Below, in pieces: positions 27,401 to 39,374 of a DNA stretch of 64,000 nucleotides (its first letter is position 1; every line of letters begins with the position of its first letter). A program made the translations under genes and the position numbers. The notes under the pieces are model-generated. The model did not search any database. It was not told where the DNA came from and was given only the letters and a program-made list of their open reading frames with translations. The DNA comes from Octopus sinensis (lineage: Eukaryota), in assembly GCF_006345805.1 (NCBI RefSeq), contig NC_043013.1:51956001-52020000 (forward strand), given 5' to 3'.

Positions 27401-28447
27401 TTATTTACTGAAGCTAGACTGGACAGTTTCCTGAGAATATTGAAGATGCTCACCATAGCACTGTAACAGTAGCCTAGCATCTCTGTTGCTAATCCTACTG
27501 ATAAACCAGCTGCTAATCCACTGCATTCCAACTTATAACCTACTGCTACTCAAATGCCATTCCTCCGGTCAACCAACTGCCATCCTACTACCAGTGTACA
27601 GTTGTTCCTACTGTTAATCTGCTGCCAACCACTCAATTGTGTTCTCTGCCTTGTAAAATAATGCAGGGGAGATAACTGTACTTATATAACAACAACAACA
27701 AACCAGGTCTTAAATTTCTCCATGAAAGGTTCGGTTACAGAAATAATGAAAGCTGTTCAGTGGAATCAAAGACCCCTGAGAGAAGAAAGGACAAGAAGCA
27801 ATATTCCCTTTCTCTTACATTTAAAAATGGTTTCAAATTTTATCTCAAGGGCAGCAATTTTAGGGGAAAGGTTTGGGTCGATTACAACGACCTCAGTACG
27901 CAACTGGTACATATTTTATCGACATCAAAAGGATGAAAGGCAAATTCGGCCTCAACAGCATTTGAACTCAGAATGTAAAGACGGACGAAATGCCACAAAG
28001 CATTTTGTCTGGCATGCTAATGATTTGGCCTCCCTCAATAATACACACCCACCTCAGCTGAGGGATCAGGTCTTGTGAGCTGCTAGATGGACCTTACTAG
28101 CACTGGTGCCACACAAACAGCACCCAGCAGCCTCTGTCAAGTGGTTGGTATTAAGAAGGGCATCCATCCGCGGAAACCAAACCAAAGCAGTCACTGGAGC
28201 TTAGCACAGTCTCTCTCAAACCATCCAACCCATGCCAGCATCGAATACAGGCATTAAATAATGATGATGATGATGAAGATGTTGTATAGCATACACTGTA
28301 TAATGCATATATCCATTGTCATCAATGTATGTATATATGTTGCATATACCAAAGATATTGTATAGTCATTTGTTTGTATTTAAAAAAAAATTGTTGCTTC
28401 AAATCGGAGAATAAATATCATTATGATATAATATTATATACAGCTAT

Positions 28448-28486
<39 letters not shown>

Positions 28487-28961
28487 ATCAAAAGAGTTTG
28501 ACTCAAATTCATTGGTAAATTGAGTTTCAAGCATGACACTAGTCATCAGCCATTTTGAAATTGAATCACGCTTGAAACTCAAGAGTACCAACGAATTTGA
28601 ATCAAACTGTTTTGATCCATACACGTAACACACAATAAAGTGGTTGAATGCTCGAAAAAAGAAACAAACAAAAAGATGGAGAACATGGTACACAATTGCG
28701 AATACAAGAAATAACAACAGGTGTCTTTCGACTGAAAACGAACCAAATTGAGCTGGCGAGTATGATGTGAAAGCCTAAAGGCAGGAACATGAGAGATGGT
28801 CACAAGACGTGTTGACGGTCGGCAGTCAGGCCAAGGAAGGAGGAGAGAGGGGTAGGGGACAGCAGGATTGGAGGATTAGAAAAACTTCATAGACAAAGGG
28901 AAAGGTACAGGGGGAGATAAACGAGTGGGAAATAGCAGGAGTTGGAAATGGTGGGAGTTAG

Positions 28962-29037
<76 letters not shown>

Positions 29038-29074
29038 TATATTGCTTAATGTATAAAGCGTATATTTTACTAAC

Positions 29075-29173
29075 CAATGAGGACATTTCCTTGAGCTGCT
29101 GCGAAATGCAAAGCTGTCCGTTTCTTTTCATCTGCAGACCTAGCATCAATTCCACTCTCCAGAAACTTCAGGA
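29075..29173 (-). CDS. ANKRD54: ANKRD54-like 99-nt ankyrin exon, downstream copy of a tandem pair
   Basis: Same sequence and splice sites as 30273-30371 (offset 1198). Phase 1 at both ends. Confidence 0.85.
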
Positions 29174-30146
29174 CTGTAATAACAACAACAACGTAAGACA
29201 ATTTTTGGCAAAGTTTCATCACAAAACAGTATGTGTGTGTGTGTGAACACACACACACATGCACACATTGACATCATTTAACGATCTGTTTTCCATGCTG
29301 GCATGGGTTGGACAGTTCGACATGAGCTGGTAAGCCAGAACCCTGTGCCAGGCTTCAACAGGGTTTCCATGGCTACGGTGCCCTTCAAATTGCCAACCCC
29401 TTTACAAAGTGTACCTGGTGCTTTTTATGCGGCACCAGCACCACTTAGTTAGTTGCAAGACAAGAGCCCCTCAACTGAGTTAGTATAGTACTGAGGGAGG
29501 GTGAAGTATGATGGAGGGCCTGGTACAGGTGTCTTGTAGTGGAGACCCATGGCCATCCCTGTTGAAAAAGAGGGGGAAAAGGTGGTGGCAAGGGTGAAGA
29601 GGAAGTGAGTATAAGTGATACAGAGGATTGGACAGAGTGTGTGGATAGGTAAGAAGGGTGGTAGATGGAGAGAGGGGGAACAAGGTGGGTGGTGAATGTT
29701 GGTGGAGGTGTGGTCAGTAATGAATATCAGTTGGAGGAGAAGGTGGAAGAAGTAGGAGTGGCATGAGGTAGGTGGTAGGTGGCAGCACAGGTGATGCAAA
29801 GTATGTGGAGGGGTGGAGTGTGAGAGAGATGCACAGTGCCAGGGATGAAGTCAGAGATGTGTAGGACAAAAATAGTGGGAGACAGAGATAGGTCTCTGAG
29901 CAGGCATCGCCATGACGACTTTCTCTGTCAATGCGATGATCACACGCTACACACCTTCCTTCCAAGCACTGTTATATACAGCAGAAGTGAGCTAGAATGT
30001 TAAAATTTAGTGCCCATGCTCAGCAGAGTTCAAGATTAATTTGTGCCAAGCGGCTTCACTCTGAGTGCTTTAGTTTCGTTACTATGGCAACAGTCTAGAT
30101 ACTTATTCATCAGACCATGTATGGATGGCTGGAGGGATGGATACAG

Positions 30147-30235
<89 letters not shown>

Positions 30236-30272
30236 TATATTGCTTAATGTATAAAGCGTATATTTTACTAAC

Positions 30273-30371
30273 CAATGAGGACATTTCCTTGAGCTGCTGC
30301 GAAATGCAAAGCTGTCCGTTTCTTTTCATCTGCAGACCTAGCATCAATTCCACTCTCCAGAAACTTCAGGA
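30273..30371 (-). CDS. ANKRD54: ANKRD54-like 99-nt ankyrin exon, upstream copy of a tandem pair
   Basis: gttgttattacag|TC CTG AAG...ATT G|gttagt; encodes (V)LKFLESGIDARSADEKKRTALHFAAAQGNVLI, aligning to human [33 protein letters not shown]. Identical to 29075-29173. Confidence 0.85.
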
Positions 30372-31343
30372 CTGTAATAACAACAACAACGTAAGACAAT
30401 TTTTGGCAAAGTTTCATCACAAAACAGTATGTGTGTGTGTGTGAACACACACACACATGCACACATTGACATCATTTAACGATCTGTTTTCCATGCTGGC
30501 ATGGGTTGGACAGTTCGACATGAGCTGGTAAGCCAGAACCCTGTGCCAGGCTTCAACAGGGTTTCCATGGCTACGGTGCCCTTCAAATTGCCAACCCCTT
30601 TACAAAGTGTACCTGGTGCTTTTTATGCGGCACCAGCACCACTTAGTTAGTTGCAAGACAAGAGCCCCTCAACTGAGTTAGTATAGTACTGAGGGAGGGT
30701 GAAGTATGATGGAGGGCCTGGTACAGGTGTCTTGTAGTGGAGACCCATGGCCATCCCTGTTGAAAAAGAGGGGGAAAAGGTGGTGGCAAGGGTGAAGAGG
30801 AAGTGAGTATAAGTGATACAGAGGATTGGACAGAGTGTGTGATAGGTAAGAAGGGTGGTAGATGGAGAGAGGGGGAACAAGGTGGGTGGTGAATGTTGGT
30901 GGAGGTGTGGTCAGTAATGAATATCAGTTGGAGGAGAAGGTGGAAGAAGTAGGAGTGGCATGAGGTAGGTGGTAGGTGGCAGCACAGGTGATGCAAAGTA
31001 TGTGGAGGGGTGGAGTGTGAGAGAGATGCACAGTGCCAGGGATGAAGTCAGAGATGTGTAGGACAAAAATAGTGGGAGACAGAGATAGGTCTCTGAGCAG
31101 GCATCGCCATGACGACTTTCTCTGTCAATGCGATGATCACACGCTACACACCTTCCTTCCAAGCACTGTTATATACAGCAGAAGTGAGCTAGAATGTTAA
31201 AATTTAGTGCCCATGCTCAGCAGAGTTCAAGATTAATTTGTGCCAAGCGGCTTCACTCTGAGTGCTTTAGTTTCGTTACTATGGCAACAGTCTAGATACT
31301 TATTCATCAGACCATGTATGGATGGCTGGAGGGATGGATACAG

Positions 31344-31391
<48 letters not shown>

Positions 31392-32218
31392 AAACTTACT
31401 TGGAAAAGGATGCGTGACGTTCGATCATATAATAATATAAATAATATATAAATATATGCATATATACATACATATAAGTACATACCAACATATATATGTA
31501 TATATGCATGCATATATGGGTACAGGACATCAAAAAAATGTTGAACACAATGAGAAACGAAAACATATATATACACACACATACACACAATGGGCTTCTT
31601 TCAGTTTCCATCTACCAAATCCACTTAGAAGATTTTGAATGGCTTTAAGTTATAGAAGACACTTGCATCAGGTGCCACAGTGGGACTGAACCCATGATGA
31701 CATGTTTGGGAAGCTAGCTTCTTAACCACTCAGCCATACATGCGTGAGAAGGTGTGTGTGTGGGTGCAACTTGGGTGCAACACAATTTCCTTTCTTTTTG
31801 TTTCCAGAATCTACCAGTCAGGAACAAAACGCAACTTTAAAAATAGATATGACTCTTTATTCTCTTATTCACAAATGAAGCACATTGGTATATTGGTATC
31901 CACTTGGTTCGATATAGCAAGGCTGAATTTTAACGTTTGTAAGATTCTTACAACAAATTCAACAGCAACAGAGCAGGTCAAATCCCAAACGTCTGGGACA
32001 GGAGAATAGGCTAATCACACGTTTTACACGTCCTTTCTCTTCAATAGCCGTGTCTCAAGTCACCGCAATAACAAGGAACGCGATAGAATTTTCTTCCCCA
32101 GTCTCTAGCGCATGTGCATGAAGGAACTCCCTTAGGCCTTTCCAGAAGGTTCCAGCCCCGCACACGCACACTGAAGAACGACGTTGCGTGTGCGCACACT
32201 GGAAAATGACATCACTAC

Positions 32219-32252
<34 letters not shown>

Positions 32253-32519
32253 CTTATTATAAAAGGCAGATTTTATCTGCCTCCCTTTGTAAGTTATAGA
32301 AATCTACAATATAGGATTTCTTCAATTACAATTTACCTAGCATTTTTAAGAGTAGAATGCATCGGGTCATGCCAGGTCCAGTTTTTAAAATTTAAACTCC
32401 AATTAAGCAAAATTTACAGAAAACTCACATTCTGGTGTGTATGTCAAATGTTTTTCTTAATGTGGTTTACACCACACGCAAACGCACACACACACAAAGG
32501 GAGCGAATTGTTTCACTGA

Positions 32520-33229
32520 CGCTATCACCCTTCTCCTCCTTTGTCTTTGCAAGTTTGCAGCTATTAAAGTGAAAACAGTGAATCCGACAGCGATAAAGAA
32601 AACGAATTGGTACCTGAATGGAGTGAAAATTTAAAAACTGTTTCTTTCGGTGATTTTTCTGAAGAAACTGCACCAAGCCACAGACTTTCCCAGAAGAGTA
32701 AAGCCTTAGACTATTTCTATTTACTTTTTCGAATGAGCCCATTTGAAATCATTACGGCAGAAACGAAACGTTACGCTAAACGTAAACAAAACGAAAGAAA
32801 GGATAGTTTGTTATTTCCCACAACCTTAAATGAAATTAAGGTCTATTTTGCCATAAATATTATTATGGGTATCAGAAAGTTACCCAGAATAACAAATTCT
32901 ATCGTAAAATTTTGTTGTATACCCAATTGAATATTAGCTAATAACCCATTTTCTATAGCGATGTTTGAACAAAATTTTAATAATTTTATATATTGTTGAA
33001 TTTACCTGTATCTACCTGCAATTAGAGTCACTTTGTGACAAAAATTATAGTATAGAATTGGTTGAGGACATTTCATTAAATTATCTTCCAAAATTCACGT
33101 TAATATATTGATAAATAAAAAAGTTATAGTTGTTTAATGAAACCAGACTAAATTTATGATTACGTTAGAAATTAATTGAAACACATAAGGGGTGTATTTT
33201 GGTCAGAAATATAGTAACGAAAGGGTTAA
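32520..33229 (+). mobile_element. piggyBac transposase remnant with right terminus
   Basis: ORF 32607-32930 (LDYFYLLF...IITAETKRYA...PTTLNEIKVYFAINIIMGIRKLPRI) resembles the PGBD-type N-terminal region; ends gtaacgaaaggg|TTAA. Confidence 0.8.
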
Positions 33230-33337
33230 GAAAAACCAAAAAATATTTTATTCTTTATAAATGTTGTATTCAAAATAACATTTTCTTTTAAGAATGTGTA
33301 TATAACAAAGTATGTGTATATAACTACGTAACTTATA

Positions 33338-33702
33338 TCTTTATATATAAGAGTGAAGTTGTGTGTCTGTCTCCTACGATTTAGATTCCTAACTACTCCC
33401 ACATTTTGCGGTGCAGTGTAACCAAAACCAGGTATCTTATAGTCGTGAGTCTACGATGAGTCTACGATTTAAAAAAATTTACCATCATATTTTTCCATTT
33501 TAATGCATTTTTTCGCTATTATATAAGGGAAGTAACTCTCTAAAAATATCTACGATGTGTCAACGATTTAAAAAGAAATTTACCTTAATTTTTTTTCCAT
33601 TTTTAATGCATTTTTTTCCTATTTTTTGGCTATAACTCTCTAAAAATGCTTATATAGTTATTTCCCTTACAAACCCGAGCAACGCCGGGCGATACTGCTA
33701 GT
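33338..33702 (+). mobile_element. Non-autonomous Helitron-like element; inverted copy at 41281-41675
   Basis: 5' TC start, 3' hairpin CCCG-agcaacgc-CGGG followed by CTAG; the two copies share internal sequence. Confidence 0.6.
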
Positions 33703-33785
33703 GTATGTATAAATGCATGTTGTGCTCAGGTGTGTCGAGAGTGTTCAATGTTGATTAATAAAAGAGAAAAGCAGAACCAACTCAC

Positions 33786-33833
33786 CTGATGGATAATCAT
33801 TCTTATTAGCGGCTGACATCATTTTCCTTTCAT
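33786..33833 (-). CDS. ANKRD54: ANKRD54-like exon, 48 nt (phase 1 to 1)
   Basis: tttgatattcaag|AT GAA AGG...TCA G|gtgag; encodes (D)ERKMMSAANKNDYPS(V), aligning to human ALKRLRDSANANDVETV as recalled. Confidence 0.88.
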
Positions 33834-34142
33834 CTTGAATATCAAACAAAAACATTAATTAAATTCCAAAAATCCAAAAAATTAAACATCAAACAAATTT
33901 AAACAAACAATTAATTCACATAGGGTCTTTTATACCTTTACTTGTTTCAGTCATTTGACTGTGGCCATGCTGCAGCACTGCCTTTAGTTGAACAAATCGA
34001 CCCCCCAGGACTTATTCTTTGTAAGCCTAGTACTTATTTTATTGGTCTCTTTTGCCGAACTGTTAAGTCACAGGGACATAAACACACCAACATCAGTTGT
34101 CAAATAATCGGGGGTGGGACAAACACAGACACACAAACATAT

Positions 34143-34620
<478 letters not shown>

Positions 34621-34749
34621 CTTGCATGTGTGTATGTGTGTCAGTGTATACTGGTGTGTAGAGTTGTGTATCATCATCGTCATCGTCATTTAACATCCGT
34701 CTTCCATGCTGGCTTGGATGGATAGTACAACAGGATCCAACAGGAAAGG

Positions 34750-34970
34750 CCATGAGCTGGCAAGAACGTTATCACGCCGGGCGAAATGCTTAGTGGTATT
34801 TCGTCTGCCGCTATGTTCTGAGTTCAAATTCCGCCGAGGTCAACTTTGCCTTTCATCCTTTTGGGGTCGATTAAATAAGTACCAGTTATGCACTGGGGTC
34901 GATATAATCGACTTAATCCGTTTGTCTGTCCTTGTTTGTCCTCTCTGTGTGTAGCCCCTTGGGGGAAATA
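34750..34970 (+). mobile_element. tRNA-related SINE; copies at about 24480-24690(-), 26570-26750(-), 27830-28040(-), 52110-52340(+), 52730-52940(+), 59070-59180(-)
   Basis: Shared gagctggcagaa..gttagcacgccgggcgaaatgcttagcggtatttcgtctg...ttctgagttcaaattccgccgaggtc. Confidence 0.8.
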
Positions 34971-35573
34971 AGGATCCAACAGGATCCATAGAGGACTATG
35001 CTGTGCTCCAGTGTCTACTTTAGCAATGTTTCTGTGGCCGGATGCTTTCCCTAACATTAACCACTCTACAGAGTCCACTGAGTGCCTTTTCATGGCACCA
35101 GCACGAGTGAGGTGACCAACTAACTTGCCAGGCAAAAGAAAGACCCATCAGCAGAATGAGGTTACAGTAGAGAGGAACATGGTTCTATACCAGAGGTTTA
35201 GAGGACCAGGAGCAGGTGTCTTGCTGTAGAGGAGATGAATTGCAAACCCAAATGGAAAGGGAAGCCAGGGTGTACCCTAAACTAATTAATCGACCCTTGA
35301 GCATTTAAACTAGCCATATCTGGCCAAAATATCCTACCTGTTTTATGATCAAACTAGCCAGATCCAGCCTCTCACACCTACCCTACAATGTCATTCTAAA
35401 AATAGACAATCATATCATCAAAATCTCAAAGTTACAAGACAAGGCAGAATAAATTCAAAACAATGTGAATAAATAATCATTGCATTTGACAGAGAAATCT
35501 GAATGCTAAATGGTTACGGAAGAACACAGAATCCACAAATACTGATGAAATGAACAGGTACCAAAGAGCTTAC

Positions 35574-35751
35574 CTTTAGGGTTCCTTCGGATGCCCACCT
35601 TAAAATCCTTCAACCGTACTTGTCGATGTGATGTGGAAGGTTTAACTTTACCGAGCAGTTTATTCTGGACATAATCACTTGTGTAATGAAGATTTCCTGG
35701 GATTTTCTCGGGCCAAATGGACACATCGAATTTGGGAGTATCTCCGCTACC
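35574..35751 (-). CDS. ANKRD54: ANKRD54-like gene, most upstream coding exon identified (178 nt, phase 0 to 1)
   Basis: Acceptor cccttgtcttcttgtag, donor AAAG|gtaagc. Open frame GSGDTPKFDVSIWPEKIPGNLHYTSDYVQNKLLGKVKPSTSHRQVRLKDFKVGIRRNPK; the terminal G plus AT of the next exon gives Asp in frame. Basic stretch sits just before the ankyrin repeats, as in ANKRD54. No in-frame ATG, so a further upstream exon is needed. Confidence 0.72.
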
Positions 35752-35800
35752 CTACAAGAAGACAAGGGACATAAGTTTTAAAGGCATAAACATATGTATA

Positions 35801-36613
35801 CAGCCTTGGCCAAAATTATGGGGCAGGTGTGAAAAAATGGAGAACATGATTGAGACTCACTTAATAATTGCAAACAACATAGGCATAGGAGCGGCTGTGT
35901 GGTAAGTAGCTTGCTTACCAACCACATGGTTCCGGGTTCAGTTCCATTGCGTGGTACCTTGGGCAAGTGTCTTCTACTATAGCCTCAGGCCGACCAAAGC
36001 CTTGTGAGTGGATATGGTAGACGGAAACTGAAAGAAGCCCGTCGTATATATGTATATATATATGTGTGTATGTGTGTGTGTGTGTATGTTTGTGTGTCTG
36101 TGTTTGTACCCCTAGTATTGCTTGACAACCGATGCTGGTGTCTTTACGTCCTTGTAACTTAGCGGTTCGGCAAAAGAAACCGATAGAATAAGTACTAGGC
36201 TTACAAAGAATAAGTCCTGGGGTCGATTTGCTTGACTGAAGGCAGTGCTCAAGCATGGCCACAGTCACATGACTGAAACAAGTAAAAGAGTATAAAAAAC
36301 ATTCTAAAGTCCATCCCACCAATAACTAGTTTTTGATGTAACCTCTTGCTTTTATAACCATTTTTATGCGTTTTTTGATACTTAACACTAAGTTAGCACA
36401 AGTGGCTCGGTCAATTTTTTCCTACATTTTTCAGTGGTCATGCTGGAGCACCACCTTTAATCAAGCAAATCGACCCCAGGACTAATTCTTTGTAAGCTTA
36501 GTACTTATTCTATCCATCCCTTTTGTCGAACCGCTAAGTTACGGGGACGTAAACACACCAGCATCGGTTGTCAAGCGATGTTGGGGGGGACAAATACAGA
36601 CACACAAACTTAT

Positions 36614-36663
<50 letters not shown>

Positions 36664-38108
36664 TATATATATATACATACATATATACGACAAGCTTCTT
36701 TCAGTTTCCATCTACCAAATATACTCACATGGCTTTGGTCAGCCTGAGGCTATAGTAGAAGACATTTGCCCAAGGTTCCACGCATGTGGTTCGTAAGCAA
36801 GCTACTTACCACACAGCCACTCCAGCGCCTATCAGTGGTTAATATTTGTTGAAAATGTCTCTAAAGAAATAGATTCCTGAAGTTGAAAGGGCTCAAATCA
36901 TTTAAGTATCCAGTGAAGGATTCTCCAAAGTTGAAATTGCAAGAGAATTGAAATGCTTGAGAAGAGGTGTCCATCAAAAGATACAATGAGACCAATTCTT
37001 TCCAAAACTTCAAAGGACGAGGTCACAAAAAGTACAACAACTACGAGGGAAGACAGGTTGCTGAAGAAGACATCTCCGGCGCAGAGGAAAAAGACCTCTT
37101 TTGACGTAGCTGCTGAGTTTCAGGCAGCAACAAACAAGGAGATATCCACTCACATAGTGGGAAGAAGGTTATTAGAAGTTGGGTTTAAGGGATGTAAGGC
37201 CAGAAAAAAGCCATTGCTGTCTGAGATGGACATAAAGAAACGATTGTCTTGGGTAAAAGACTACGAATATTGGACTGATGATGACTGGGGAAAAATTTGG
37301 TTTGATGAAAGTAACTTTGAAGTAAGATTCTCCACATTCATTTCCATTACTAGGCAGAATTGAAATTCTTACACTTGTACAAATTTTTTATTGGACACCA
37401 AAAATGATCAATAATTTTTTTTTGTTTTTGTCTTCAGAACTTTGGAACCCCTGGAGCTTTTTATGTTCGCCGTAAAGTTGGGGAGGCTTATTACCCTGGA
37501 TGTGTGGTCCCAACAGTAAAATTTGGAGAAGGAAGCATAATAGTTTGGGGCTGTATGTAATCTTCATGCCCAAGAATGTTGCTCACTTGTGAAAGTACAA
37601 TGAATTCCAACACTTACACCACAATCTTAGATCAAGCTTATCAACCTTCCTTAGCTAAAATCTTCAATGATAACATCCCAGTCATCTTTCAACAAGGCCA
37701 TGCTCCATACCACACATCCAGAGTCTCGGTGGCTTGGTGATGAGAAAGGGATGAGGATGATGAAATGCCCTCCACCCCTCAGTCTCCGGACCACAATCCC
37801 CTTGAACATTTGTGGTCACACTTATGTACAAGAGTGAGGATGCACAATTGTTTTTCAAAAACTGAATTAGAACCCAAAATTCATGAAGAGTGGCAGAAAA
37901 TTGACTCCCCCACTTGCATCGATTTGTCCCAAGTATGCAAAAAAATGCATAAAAGCAGTTATAAAAGCACAAGGAGCACAAAACAAAAACTAATTATTGA
38001 TGGCATAGACTCTAGAATGTTTATTATACTCTTTCCAGTTATTAAGTAAATGAGTTTCAATTATAGTCTCTATTTTTTCATACCTGCCCCATAATTTTGG
38101 CCAAGCTG
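35801..38108 (+). mobile_element. Full-length but decayed Tc1 (DD34E-type) element with two nested SINEs
   Basis: TA-flanked TIRs of about 37 bp (cagccttggccaaaattatggggcaggtgtgaaaaaat vs its reverse complement at 38071-38108). Transposase from about 36855 to 37990 has HTH, ARKKPLL, DESNF, VWGC, FQQ(G)HAP and PQSPDHNPLEHLW motifs, with stops and frameshifts. Confidence 0.92.
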
Positions 38109-38322
38109 TATACATATACATTTACATCATCACCGTTTAACGTCCACTTTCCATGCTAGCATGGGTTGGACGATTTTGACTGAGGGCTGACGAACAAGAT
38201 GGCTGCACCAGGCTCCAATCTTGATTTGGCAGAGGTTCTACAGCTGGATGCCCTTCCTAATGCCAACCACTCCGAGAGTGTAGTGGGTGCTTTTTACATG
38301 CCACCGCTTTTTACGTGCCACC

Positions 38323-38354
<32 letters not shown>

Positions 38355-38907
38355 AGATATGTTGATGAGAAAACCAGGCAAGCCAAAATCGTAACTGTGG
38401 CCTATGCTAGTGCAGCGTAACTGACCCATTTAAGAGTACCCTTCAATCATTGGGCAATAAAAGGTGCTTTCGAAGACCTGTCAAATGATTCATTGATATG
38501 TCCCATGCCAGTACCGCCTGACTGACACCCGTACTGGTGGTATGTAAAAAGCACCATTCAAGCATGGCCAATGCCAGTGCCGCCTGACTGGTCCCATGCT
38601 GGTGGCAAGTAGAAAGCACCATTCAAGCGTGGTCAATGCCAGTACCACCTGACTGGCCCTTGTGCTGGTGGAATGTAAAAAAGCATCCACTACACTCACA
38701 GAGTGGTTGGCGTTAGGAAGGGCATCCAGCTGTAGAAAATCTACCAGATCAGATTGGAGCTTGGTGCAGCCATCTGGTTTACCAATCCTCAGTCGAACCA
38801 TCCAACCCATGCCAGCATGGAAAGCGGATATTAAACAACGATGATGATGATGATGATGATGATGCAAACAGGAAAAATGGAATCCAAATTACGAATATCT
38901 GTGTGTA

Positions 38908-39133
38908 TATCCATTAATATTTAGCAGAAGGAACAGTGACTCAAGGTCCAAGAGTTTCGTGTATTGCCACTTATTAAGCTAATCGCTGGTCAAAGGTCAA
39001 TGAGTTTATATAGTTGTTGATCAACAACTATATAAACTCATTGACCTTTGACCAGCGATTAGCTTAATAAGTGGCAATACACGAAACTCTTGGACCTTGA
39101 GTCACTGTTCCTTCTTCTAAATATTAATGGATA
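38908..39133. repeat. 226-bp spacer-less palindrome
   Basis: Centre between 39020 and 39021; 113-bp arms checked base by base with one mismatch (38925 C vs 39116 T). Confidence 0.97.
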
Positions 39134-39165
39134 CATATATATACATACGTCTGTGTGTGGGGGTA

Positions 39166-39213
<48 letters not shown>

Positions 39214-39337
39214 GTATACATATATATACACATATATAGATATATGTACACATATATATGCATATACATACAAACATACATATATATACACACACATATA
39301 TATATATACATATACACACATATATATACATATCTAT

Positions 39338-39374
<37 letters not shown>

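Larger units (their letters stand above)
28963..31390. repeat. Tandem duplication, two units of about 1197-1198 bp bounded by (TA)n tracts
   Basis: Units about 28963-30146 and 30147-31344. By eye they differ only by a 1-nt indel (gtgtggatagg vs gtgtgatagg) and microsatellite length. Confidence 0.95.
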
